This document shows, one piece after another, positions 27,975 to 36,349 of a DNA stretch of 64,000 bases. This DNA comes from Deltaproteobacteria bacterium. GTDB lineage: Bacteria > Myxococcota > Kuafuiibacteriia > Kuafuiibacteriales > Kuafuiibacteriaceae. The stretch's first letter is position 1; each line of letters starts with the position of its first letter. Location: NCBI GenBank assembly GCA_040218735.1, contig JAVJQW010000043.1, positions 32,001-96,000 on the forward strand, in the 5' to 3' direction. The translations under genes were made by a program, and so were the position numbers. The notes beneath the pieces are model-generated. The model did not search any database. It was not told the DNA's origin and worked only from the letters and a program-made list of their open reading frames with translations.

Positions 27975-29454
27975 GCTGTTCGCGCTGACCGCGCTGTTCA
28001 TGAGCGCGTGTCGGTTGGGGGCGCCGTCGCCGATCGAGTCGACGGTGCCGCCGGTGGTGATCCACGAGCCCTTCTACGCGCCCGAGTCCGTGGAGCGGCT
28101 CGGCGATCTGTATGGCGCGACGGACACGGCTTCGACGGCGGAGATCTTCGTGGCGTTCGCGGAGGACGTCGCGGAGGACGTGCCGCTCGCGGGGGACGTC
28201 GTCGTTGCGCCGATCCTCGCGGTGACGGGTACCGTCGTCACGTACGACATCCCGATGTCCGACGACCCGCGCGTCGACGAGTGGGTCGAGTACCTCACGG
28301 GGCGTGGGCGGATCTGGTTCGAGCGATGGTTGGCGCGGTCGACGCGTTACGTGCCGATCTTCTGGCGGATCCTCGATCAGTACGGGCTCCCGAAGGACCT
28401 GGTGTTCCTCTCGATGATCGAGAGTGGTTTCTCGCCGCGCGCGTACTCTTGGGCGCACGCGGCGGGGGCGTGGCAGTTCATGCCGTTCACGGGGCGGCGC
28501 TTCGGATTGAAGATCGGGTTCTGGGTCGACGAGCGCCGTGACTTCGAGCGCGCGACGCACGCGGCGGCGCGGTTGTTGTCGGCGCTCTACGCGCAGTTCG
28601 ACGACTGGTTCCTCGCGTGGGCCGCGTACAACGCGGGGACGGGGCGAATGAACAAGGCGATCCGTCGCGCGCGGACGGAGGACTTCTGGAGGTTGTCGCG
28701 GACGTGGCACCTGAAGAAGGAGACGCGCCACTACGTGCCGAAGATGTTGGCGGCGGCGCGCATCTCGAAGTCGCCGACGGCGTACGGGTTCGAGGAGGTC
28801 GACTATCTGCCCGAGCTGGAGTGGGAAGTGCTGACGGTGACGGTGGCGACCGACCTGAAGACACTCGCCGCGGCGTGCGGCGAGGTGCAGCTCGAGCGGA
28901 TGCAGATGTTGAACCCGGAGCTGCGTTGTGACGTGACGCCGCCGGGGCGTCGTTATCCGGCGCGCGTCCCGCGCGGGGCGGCGAAGACTTGTGAGGCCGG
29001 GCTCGCGGCGTTGGGGGCGTCGCGGATGACGTACCGGCACCACGAAGTGCAGCGGAAGGATTCGCTCGAAACGATCGCGGCGACGTACCACACGACGACG
29101 GAGGCGATAAGTACATTCAATGGAATGAACGAGTTCGGCGTGCAGGCGTTCGACGAGATCATCGTGCCGGTTCCGATTGCGATGAACGATGTCGTTCCGA
29201 TCCGTGAGCCGCCGGATCGGCGCTACCGTCCTTCGAAGTACGGGCCGGAGGGCGCGCAGGTGATCACACACGTCGTGCGACGCGGCGAGTCGTTGTGGCG
29301 TATCGCGCGTCGGTACCGTGTGAGCCTCAAGAAGCTGCGGCTGTGGAACGGATTGTGGCGATCTTCGCGGCTCCGGATCGGGCAGAAGCTCAAGATCTAC
29401 CGCGGGGGTGGTGGGGCCCCGAGCGGGCCGAAGCGCCGTCGGCGCCGACTCTGA
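27964..29454 (+). CDS. MltD-like lytic transglycosylase with LysM domains (start uncertain; first ATG at 28000)
   Basis: MIESGF, AAGAWQFMP, VDERRD, AAYNAG, ETRHYVPK; LysM HVVRRGESLWRIARRY. Confidence 0.85.
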   Translation, partial: TRVELFALTALFMSACRLGAPSPIESTVPPVVIHEPFYAPESVERLGDLYGATDTASTAEIFVAFAEDVAEDVPLAGDVVVAPILAVTGTVVTYDIPMSDDPRVDEWVEYLTGRGRIWFERWLARSTRYVPIFWRILDQYGLPKDLVFLSMIESGFSPRAYSWAHAAGAWQFMPFTGRRFGLKIGFWVDERRDFERATHAAARLLSALYAQFDDWFLAWAAYNAGTGRMNKAIRRARTEDFWRLSRTWHLKKETRHYVPKMLAAARISKSPTAYGFEEVDYLPELEWEVLTVTVATDLKTLAAACGEVQLERMQMLNPELRCDVTPPGRRYPARVPRGAAKTCEAGLAALGASRMTYRHHEVQRKDSLETIAATYHTTTEAISTFNGMNEFGVQAFDEIIVPVPIAMNDVVPIREPPDRRYRPSKYGPEGAQVITHVVRRGESLWRIARRYRVSLKKLRLWNGLWRSSRLRIGQKLKIYRGGGGAPSGPKRRRRRL

Positions 29455-29582
29455 TTCTCTAGTAGATCTAGCGTGTTATGTGGCCTGTGGACCGCAGACC
29501 CGCATGGCTTCAACGTTTGCGCGGGCCCCCAAGACCTTGGGGGTGGCGCGTTCGGGACCCTCCAGATGTTGTGTTGTAGGGC

Positions 29583-29611
29583 TTGACAGACCCTAGGTCG
29601 GCCTTTAGAGG
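29583..29611 (+). promoter_or_regulatory. Putative sigma70 promoter of HU gene
   Basis: TTGACA-N17-TAGAGG; AGGAGG RBS at about 29645. Confidence 0.5.
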
Positions 29612-29659
29612 TCGACTTCAGGCGGGCCCGAGGGCCAGCCCCATAGGAGGTTCGAATCA

Positions 29660-29932
29660 ATGACGAAAGCAGAGCTCCTCGAGGCGATCGCAAAAGGTAA
29701 CCCCGAGCTGACCAAGAAGCAGGTGACCTCGGTCGTCGAGTCCGTGTTCTCGACCATGACCACGGCCATCAAGAAGCAGAAGAAGTTCTCGTACCCCGGC
29801 TTCGGCTCGTTCGAAGTCCGCACGCGCAAGGCGCGCATGGGCCGCAACCCGCAGACCGGTGAGACGATGAAGATCAAGGCGTCGAAGACGGTCGGCTTCA
29901 AGCCCGCGAAGGCCCTGAAGGACATCCTTTAG
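29660..29932 (+). CDS. hup: HU family DNA-binding protein
   Basis: MTKAELL..., GFGSF, RMGRNPQTGE, FKPAKALKD. Confidence 0.95.
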   Translation: MTKAELLEAIAKGNPELTKKQVTSVVESVFSTMTTAIKKQKKFSYPGFGSFEVRTRKARMGRNPQTGETMKIKASKTVGFKPAKALKDIL

Positions 29933-29984
29933 GCGCACGCACGAACTCGGTCCTCTTGCGGAGGACCAGGATGGCTCGTTAGGC

Positions 29985-30030
29985 GGGCCCCGGACCTTCG
30001 CGGTCCGGGGCCCTTTTTTTCGTTTTTTTT
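29985..30030 (+). terminator. Rho-independent terminator after HU
   Basis: Perfect 12-bp stem gggccccggacc/ggtccggggccc, 5-nt loop, followed by T7-cg-T8. Confidence 0.9.
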
Positions 30031-30033
30031 GAA

Positions 30034-30057
30034 AGGACGTCCGAGCGGCTCGCGTAG
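30034..30057 (+). promoter_or_regulatory. Putative ECF-sigma promoter AGGA-N15-CGTAG upstream of CHAT/anti-sigma/S8/sigma operon
   Basis: AGGA 30034-30037, CGTAG 30053-30057; immediately after a strong terminator, so the operon likely needs its own promoter here. Confidence 0.6.
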
Positions 30058-30069
30058 GCCCCTTCGGCC

Positions 30070-32727
30070 GTGCTCGCCTGGACTTCACCTTCGCTGGGCT
30101 CCCGCGTGCCGATCGCGGCGTTGGCCGGGCTGGTCGCGGCGGTGGTTGGACTCGACGGTCCACCGCACACCTCGGCGCGTGCGCAGCTGCTGGGGTTCGT
30201 TGCGGTCGAGCGCGACGCGGATGGCTTGGTCTACGTCTTCGACGCCGAGCACACGCCGTTCGTCGTCGCGGACGCGGCGCCCGAACGTGTCGAGCTCGCG
30301 GCGGACGTGCTCCCGCATCCAAGCGATTGTTCTGCGCGCTGTCGCATCGACGTCACGTTCCCGAGTCGCGCCGAGCTGCAGACGTTCGTGGTCGACGACC
30401 ACATCTGGCGCGTTCGCGTCGTGCCCTCGCGGTGGCCATCGCTCGACGCTGCACGCGAGGCGGCGGACGCTGACCGTTGGGGCGACGCGTTCGCCGCGCT
30501 CGACGCCATCCGCCCCAAGGATCGGCTGGAGCGGATCGCCGTCGCGACGGCCGCCGCCTCGTTCGCGCGTCGACGCGGAGACACCGCCGGATACGTCGAA
30601 GCCGTCGAACGGTGGGGCCGCCTCGCCCGGCGCCTCGACGTCCCGAGCGAGGTGAGCCGCTCGCTCCGCACGCAGGCCTTCTTGGCGTTCTACCGCCGCG
30701 ACTTCGACGCGGTGTTTCCGCTCTTGGATCGCGCCGAGGTCATCGACGCCGACATCGCCAATACTTCGGGCCTCGTTCGCGCTGCCGCCTATCGCAGCCT
30801 GACGCTGCGAGAGCTCGGTCGTTTCCGCGACGGGATGCAAGTAGCCGAGGAAGGCCGACGCCTCGCGCTCGACGTCGGGCTCACGGAAGACGCGGGGACG
30901 CTCGGCGCCGCGATCGCGCGCATCGCGCTGCACTCGGGCGACTACACACGTGCGCTGAAGGAGCTCGACCTCGCCGCTGATCGCGTCGCGCCGCACGAGC
31001 GCGCAGGGGTGCTCGTCGAACGCGGCTGGACGCTCGCCTCTGCGATGGTCGCGGGCGCCATCGAGGTCGACTGGTCGAAGCCGCGCGCCGACTTCGAACG
31101 TGCGTTGCGCCTCGCGAGACGCGACGGCTTGCCGGTCCCGGAAGCCAACGCGCTCGTCGATCTCGCGTGGCTCGATCACCTCGAGGGTCGCGATGCCGCC
31201 GCGGCGCGCCTGCAGGGCCTCGATCTCGAAGCGCACCCCGTCGCGCAGGTCTTCGTGCAGATCGTGGTCGCCACGCGTGCGCGGGAGGAGGGGCGGTTAG
31301 CCGATGCCCGGGCGGGGTTCGAGCGGGCGCTCGCGATGGCGCACGCGGGCAGCGACGAGACCTCCAACCTGGCCTGGCGCGCGACGTACGGTCTCGCGAA
31401 GACCGCGGCGGCGGCGGGCGAAGACGCTCGCGCCGCACAGCTGTTCGATCGTGCGCTCGACGCGCTCGATCGCATCGCGCGCCACGTCGAGATCCATCGT
31501 GCGCGGGCGTTGTTCGCGCAGGATCGCGCGGGGCTCGTCGACGATGCCATCCGCGCTCACCTGTCGCGGGGTGACGTCGCTCGGGCGATGGTCGTGGCGG
31601 ATCGCGCGCGGCTCCTCGTGCTCGAACCGCTCGCATACCGCTCGGCGCTGGAGGGGCTGGACGAATCGCAGCGGTCGGCCTGGCGGCGCGCGGTCTTCGA
31701 CTACGAACGGACGCGCGGCATCTACGAACGGCGCGCGGGCGGGGCGGAGCTGATCCCCGCCTCCCGGCTCGACGCCTATCACCGCGAGACCGAGCGCCAG
31801 CGCGAAGAGCTCCAGGTGCGATTCGACGCGGCGACGGCGATCCTCGACGCGAGCGGCGTCGTCGCGGACTCGGTTCGACTCGGAACGGACGACATCACCG
31901 CCCGCGTCGGACCGGGCCAAGGGCTGCTCTACTTTCACGCCGCCGCCGACGGGACGTACGTCGCGTTCTTCGTGACCGAGGAGCGCATCGAATACGTGGT
32001 GCAATCCGAACCGACGCCCGGGGCTTGGGCGCAGTCGGTTGCGAAGATTTCCCACCTCACGATCGTCCCGCCGCCGGGGCCGGACCCGTGGAGCGCGACG
32101 CACCTCGCACCCGACGCGTTTGCGCCGACGTCGATCTCCTTTCTCCCGCTCGCTGGCCTCCTCGGTCGTCGTGAACAGGCCAACCGCGACGGGCGTCCGG
32201 TCATCGTCGCGGATCCGCAGAGCAACCTCGAAGCGGCGCGCCGCGAGGTCGAGGCGCTGCACCCCGGCGCCCTACGTCTGGTCGGACCCACCGCGACCCG
32301 GCGCGCCGTGCTCGGTGCGCTCGACGGCGCGACGCACTTTCACTTCTCGGGCCACGGGGCGCTCCAGGCCGACCGCCCCTGGGACGCTCGACTGCTCCTC
32401 GCCGCCGGTGAGTCACTCTCCGTCGAAGACCTGCTCATCGTCCGTCCGTCCGTCGCCCACGTCGTTCTGATCGGCTGCCGCACCGGGCGCTCCGCGAAGC
32501 TGAGCCGGACGGCTTACCTCGGGCTCGCGGAGGCGTTCCTCCTCGTGAGCGCCTCGTCCGTCGTCGCGAGCACACGCGACGTCGAGGACGAGTTGTCGCG
32601 ACGGTTCGTGCGGGCGTTCTACGCGGCGGGCGGTGCCGACGATCCGTTCCGCGCGTACGCGACGGTGGCCCGCGACGATCCGCGGCTCGCCCGCCCGTTC
32701 TACGTCGCTGGAGCACCGCGCCCATGA
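30070..32727 (+). CDS. Exported TPR-CHAT (caspase-like) protease 2
   Basis: N-terminal hydrophobic segment; TPR helices; VIVADPQSNL, HFHFSGHG (His), VVLIGCRTG (Cys), GLAEAFL. Confidence 0.9.
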   Translation: MLAWTSPSLGSRVPIAALAGLVAAVVGLDGPPHTSARAQLLGFVAVERDADGLVYVFDAEHTPFVVADAAPERVELAADVLPHPSDCSARCRIDVTFPSRAELQTFVVDDHIWRVRVVPSRWPSLDAAREAADADRWGDAFAALDAIRPKDRLERIAVATAAASFARRRGDTAGYVEAVERWGRLARRLDVPSEVSRSLRTQAFLAFYRRDFDAVFPLLDRAEVIDADIANTSGLVRAAAYRSLTLRELGRFRDGMQVAEEGRRLALDVGLTEDAGTLGAAIARIALHSGDYTRALKELDLAADRVAPHERAGVLVERGWTLASAMVAGAIEVDWSKPRADFERALRLARRDGLPVPEANALVDLAWLDHLEGRDAAAARLQGLDLEAHPVAQVFVQIVVATRAREEGRLADARAGFERALAMAHAGSDETSNLAWRATYGLAKTAAAAGEDARAAQLFDRALDALDRIARHVEIHRARALFAQDRAGLVDDAIRAHLSRGDVARAMVVADRARLLVLEPLAYRSALEGLDESQRSAWRRAVFDYERTRGIYERRAGGAELIPASRLDAYHRETERQREELQVRFDAATAILDASGVVADSVRLGTDDITARVGPGQGLLYFHAAADGTYVAFFVTEERIEYVVQSEPTPGAWAQSVAKISHLTIVPPPGPDPWSATHLAPDAFAPTSISFLPLAGLLGRREQANRDGRPVIVADPQSNLEAARREVEALHPGALRLVGPTATRRAVLGALDGATHFHFSGHGALQADRPWDARLLLAAGESLSVEDLLIVRPSVAHVVLIGCRTGRSAKLSRTAYLGLAEAFLLVSASSVVASTRDVEDELSRRFVRAFYAAGGADDPFRAYATVARDDPRLARPFYVAGAPRP

Positions 32728-33410
32728 ACGACGAGCGCCTGGACTCGCTCCTCGCGCAGGGGCCCGAGCCGGGACCCGAGGGGACCCACGTGGACGACGG
32801 CAAGCTCGTCGCGTTCCGGGAAGGGCGGCTCGGTGCCGACGAGATCAATGACGTCGAGGCACACCTCTCTGCGTGTCGCGATTGCCGTGAGCTACTCGAA
32901 GAGCTCGCCGTCGACGTCGAGCCCGAGCTGTTCGACCGCGCGCGCGCGGCGGCGCGAAGAAACCGACGCTCCGGGCGTGCGCTCGTCGTCGGCCTCGCGC
33001 TCGCGGCGGCGACGCTCGCGGCGTTCTTCCTCCCGCGCAACGGCCCGTTGCCACCCTACGCGGTGGAGGGGCCGATGGGGGGCCTCACCACGGTGCGCGG
33101 TACGTCGCCCGGCGGCGAGGTCTTCGTTCCGGCGAGCCGCGTCAAGATCCTGCTGAGGCCGGAGCGACCCACACGTCCCCCACGCTTGACCGTGTTCGTC
33201 GTCGATCTCGACGGCACCGACGTCCGCGCGCCCGAGGGCGTCGTCACCGCCGGCGAGCAAGGCGGCTTCAGGGTCGAGTTCACGGCTCGGGATCTATTCA
33301 AGCGAACGTTCGGCACACGCACGGTCCGGCTCGTGCTGTCGGACGGCGCCGCCGAAACGCAGTTCGAGGTCGCGGTCGACTACCGCGAGGAAAGAGGGAG
33401 TGAGAGATGA
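32724..33410 (+). CDS. Putative zinc-binding (zf-HC2/ZAS) membrane anti-sigma factor
   Basis: H..........VEAHLSACRDC (HxxxCxxC); single TM ALVVGLALAAATLAAFFL; C-terminal extracytoplasmic domain; ATGA coupling. Confidence 0.8.
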   Translation: MNDERLDSLLAQGPEPGPEGTHVDDGKLVAFREGRLGADEINDVEAHLSACRDCRELLEELAVDVEPELFDRARAAARRNRRSGRALVVGLALAAATLAAFFLPRNGPLPPYAVEGPMGGLTTVRGTSPGGEVFVPASRVKILLRPERPTRPPRLTVFVVDLDGTDVRAPEGVVTAGEQGGFRVEFTARDLFKRTFGTRTVRLVLSDGAAETQFEVAVDYREERGSER

Positions 33411-35698
33411 AACGCCGACAAGCCACCCTGACGGTGCTGATCGTATCGGCGCTGGCGTGCACGACCGCGTCGGAGCCGACGCAGCCCACGGAGAGCGCAT
33501 CGAGGATCCGCGAGCTCGGCCGCCCGTGTCGCTCCGACGCGTTCTTCGTCGACATCCCCGTGAAGCTGGCGATTCCGTCGCACTGGCGGAACGCAGGCTT
33601 CCTCTCGGCGCTCGAAACCAACCTCGAAGCGCTCGCCAACGCGCCGGGCAAGCCGTGGTTCTGTGGTTCGGGCGCGATCACTTGTCCGACGAACGCGGTG
33701 ATCGTCGAAGCCACGTCGCTGCTCCCCGAGCGCTCGACCCCTGCCTGGCGAGCCGACGGTCACCTGCGGCACTTCCGCGTGAAGTTCCGGGAGGCCGGCG
33801 GAGACGGGACGCCGCTCTCCGTTCGGCACCTCGAGCAGTGCAAGGTGGTCGCGACGATCCGCGACGAGTTCGCGCTCGTCGCAGGCGTCGTCGCCGCCGA
33901 CACCCTGTTGGTCGGACGTGAGTGCGACGCATCGGTGGCGGGCGTCGAGGGCGCGCCGAGCGACGAGATGCTCTCGTGGCACCTCACTCGCATCGGACTT
34001 CCGGCCTCCGTGACCGCGGTCGAGCCTCCCGCCTCGTCCACCGTCGACCTCGGGCTCGTCGACTCGGGTGTCATCCCTGAGGTGCAGGCTTCGATCGGCG
34101 TGGCGTCCGAAGACGACCTCGTCGCCGCTCCCGGCCGTCACGTTCACGGGACCGCGCTGGCGATCCTCGCCCGGCAGGTCGCGCCGGAGGCTGCGCTTCG
34201 ATCCGTGCGGGTCCTCGACGCCGGTGGATCCGGGACCAGCGGTGCGCTCGCGCTCGGCCTCGACCAGCTGCTCTTCGACACCACGTCCACGCAGCCGCTG
34301 GTGATCAACCTGAGCCTCGGATGGCCGAAGCAGCTCAGCAACAGCGCCGCGCTGGTCGGTCTCAGCTGCCAGACCCACGAGGACCCGTACGGCGAAGCCG
34401 TGCGCTACGTCCTCGACGTCGCACAGCGCATCGACGCCGCCGGGACCCGTCCGATCTTCGTGGCCTCGTCGGCCGGCAACCTGCCCCTGCCTCCGGACGA
34501 CGCGTTGTTCCCGAACACCGACGGGATGTACGGCCCGGACCCCGACTGCAGCGAGCCCGAGCCGAAGCTCTTCTTCCCCGCCGAGTGGAGCCGCACCGAC
34601 ACCTGCCGCATCGATGTCACGCGGCGCGAGCGCGTCAGCGTTGCGGTGAGCGCGACCGACGACCAAAACCACCGCGCACAGATCTCCATCCCCGGGACGG
34701 AGACGCCGATCGTCGCGCCGGGGCAGCACGTCTACGCCGCCGACGAAGCCGCGCCGCTCACTTCGACGGCCCCGGTGTGTGGCGGAGCGTCGATGGCGTT
34801 CCCGCCGACGGTCACGTTGCCCGTCGCGCTGACGGGGACGTCGGTCAGCTCCGTGTTGGTGTCCGCCGCGGCCGCGCGAGCCCAAGCCGCGTTGATGGCT
34901 GCGGGTGGCGTTCCACTGAAGCGAACCCCGCTCGCTCGCCTGATCTACCTGACGGGGCGCCCCGTGTGTCGCAACACGGCCGAAGGGACGCCGGTGCGCA
35001 TGCTCGACGTCGCGCGTCTGGACGCAGCCATCGCGAACTGTCCGTCCCTCGTTCAGTGCGCGGCGGCCGTTCCGTCTTCCAACGAGTCGATCATCGATAA
35101 ATGGACGCTCGCGGAGTGCAGCATCGAGATCGCCGCCTGCTCCGCGTTGGGCGGGACGCCACCGTGCACGCAGCCGACCTCGGTCGAGTGGCCCAGCGCC
35201 TATATGAACACGCGGGCCGTCTGCAAGCTCGACGTCATCGACGAGCCGCTGAAGCTCGTCTCGAGCTGCACGCCCAACTGTCCCTTCAACAACGGACGTG
35301 ACCGCGCGCTGGTCGGCTCGTTGGGACCGCAGCCCGGCAGCCCGCTCTGCCCGGACTGCCCCGCGCTGATCGACGCGCAGGCGCCGGCCGCCCACCTCGT
35401 CCTCGAGTTGGAGGACACCTACGAGCCGGAGACGACGCTCGCGAACCCGTTCCTCCTGATCTCCGGTCCGCACCCGACGACCGGGCACGTCCAGAAGTTC
35501 CACATCGATCTGTCGAAGGACACGCCGCCGCACATCTGGGTGCCGGGCGCGCACCTCGAGCTCACCGTCTCGCTCGACGGTCCGCAGATCGACTGGGGTC
35601 AGGTCGACGCGATCGATGCCGCGCTCGTCGTCGGCGTCACGCCGCCGGGAGGCAAGGCGTCGACGGACTACTCGCCGCTGCGCGTGGGGCCGCTCTGA
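33407..35698 (+). CDS. S8 (subtilisin-like) serine protease lipoprotein with Cys-rich C-terminal domain
   Basis: Lipobox ALAC; triad LVDSG (D), HGTA (H), GTSVSS (S); VINLSLG, SAGN; C-terminal GPQPGSPLCPDC. Confidence 0.88.
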   Translation: MKRRQATLTVLIVSALACTTASEPTQPTESASRIRELGRPCRSDAFFVDIPVKLAIPSHWRNAGFLSALETNLEALANAPGKPWFCGSGAITCPTNAVIVEATSLLPERSTPAWRADGHLRHFRVKFREAGGDGTPLSVRHLEQCKVVATIRDEFALVAGVVAADTLLVGRECDASVAGVEGAPSDEMLSWHLTRIGLPASVTAVEPPASSTVDLGLVDSGVIPEVQASIGVASEDDLVAAPGRHVHGTALAILARQVAPEAALRSVRVLDAGGSGTSGALALGLDQLLFDTTSTQPLVINLSLGWPKQLSNSAALVGLSCQTHEDPYGEAVRYVLDVAQRIDAAGTRPIFVASSAGNLPLPPDDALFPNTDGMYGPDPDCSEPEPKLFFPAEWSRTDTCRIDVTRRERVSVAVSATDDQNHRAQISIPGTETPIVAPGQHVYAADEAAPLTSTAPVCGGASMAFPPTVTLPVALTGTSVSSVLVSAAAARAQAALMAAGGVPLKRTPLARLIYLTGRPVCRNTAEGTPVRMLDVARLDAAIANCPSLVQCAAAVPSSNESIIDKWTLAECSIEIAACSALGGTPPCTQPTSVEWPSAYMNTRAVCKLDVIDEPLKLVSSCTPNCPFNNGRDRALVGSLGPQPGSPLCPDCPALIDAQAPAAHLVLELEDTYEPETTLANPFLLISGPHPTTGHVQKFHIDLSKDTPPHIWVPGAHLELTVSLDGPQIDWGQVDAIDAALVVGVTPPGGKASTDYSPLRVGPL

Positions 35699-35709
35699 GC
35701 GAGTGACCC

Positions 35710-36294
35710 ATGTCCGTCGACGACCGCCAGATCGTCCGCCGCGCGTTCGCGGATGAGGACGACGAAGCGCTGGAGCAGCTGCTCTGTCGCCTCGTTCCCA
35801 TCATCCGCGCGCGCGCCGCGCGGGCGCTGCGAAGAGGCCCGATCGGCGCGCACGACGTCGCGGACCTGGTCCAGGAGATCTGGATTGCGCTGATCGCCGA
35901 CGGCGGTCGCCGTCTGCTGACCTACGACCCCGCGCACGGCCTCACCCTCGAAGGTTTCGTCGGGTTGATCGCCGAGCGTGAGATCGCTTCGATGCAACGT
36001 AAGGTCCTCGCGAAGAAACGCGGCGGCGATCTCCGAATCGTGAGCGACGATGGCCTCACTGTCGCGGCGTGCGGCGGCAACCCCGAGGACGAGGCGGTCA
36101 CCAACGACCTCGCCGCCCGCCTCGCGGCGCACCTCGACGCGCAGCTCCCGGTGCGCGGTCGCCTCGTCTGGCGGCTCGCGTTCAACGACGGTCAGTCGAC
36201 CGCCGAGGTCGCGCGCAACATGGGCGTCAGCCAACAGGTCGTCTACAACTGGCAGCACAAGATTCGCGCGTTGGCGCGTGCGTTCCTGAAGTGA
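35710..36294 (+). CDS. ECF RNA polymerase sigma factor
   Basis: Region 2 DVADLVQEIWIAL; region 4 LP...RLVWRL...GQSTAEVARNMGVS. Confidence 0.88.
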   Translation: MSVDDRQIVRRAFADEDDEALEQLLCRLVPIIRARAARALRRGPIGAHDVADLVQEIWIALIADGGRRLLTYDPAHGLTLEGFVGLIAEREIASMQRKVLAKKRGGDLRIVSDDGLTVAACGGNPEDEAVTNDLAARLAAHLDAQLPVRGRLVWRLAFNDGQSTAEVARNMGVSQQVVYNWQHKIRALARAFLK

Positions 36295-36349
36295 GGCGGG
36301 GCGGGGTGGGGTGGGCCGGGAGCATCGCGCCCCCGGCCCGAGGCTCGGG

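Noticed and set aside
29455-29580. Intergenic palindrome CCCCCAAG-AC-CTTGGGGG and neighbouring stems as a riboswitch or ncRNA
   Set aside because: No family features I recognise; could be a terminator or binding site, but unsupported
30070-36294. Possible type III-E CRISPR (Craspase) locus
   Set aside because: No cas genes or repeat-spacer array seen in the window; only the protease-sigma logic is analogous
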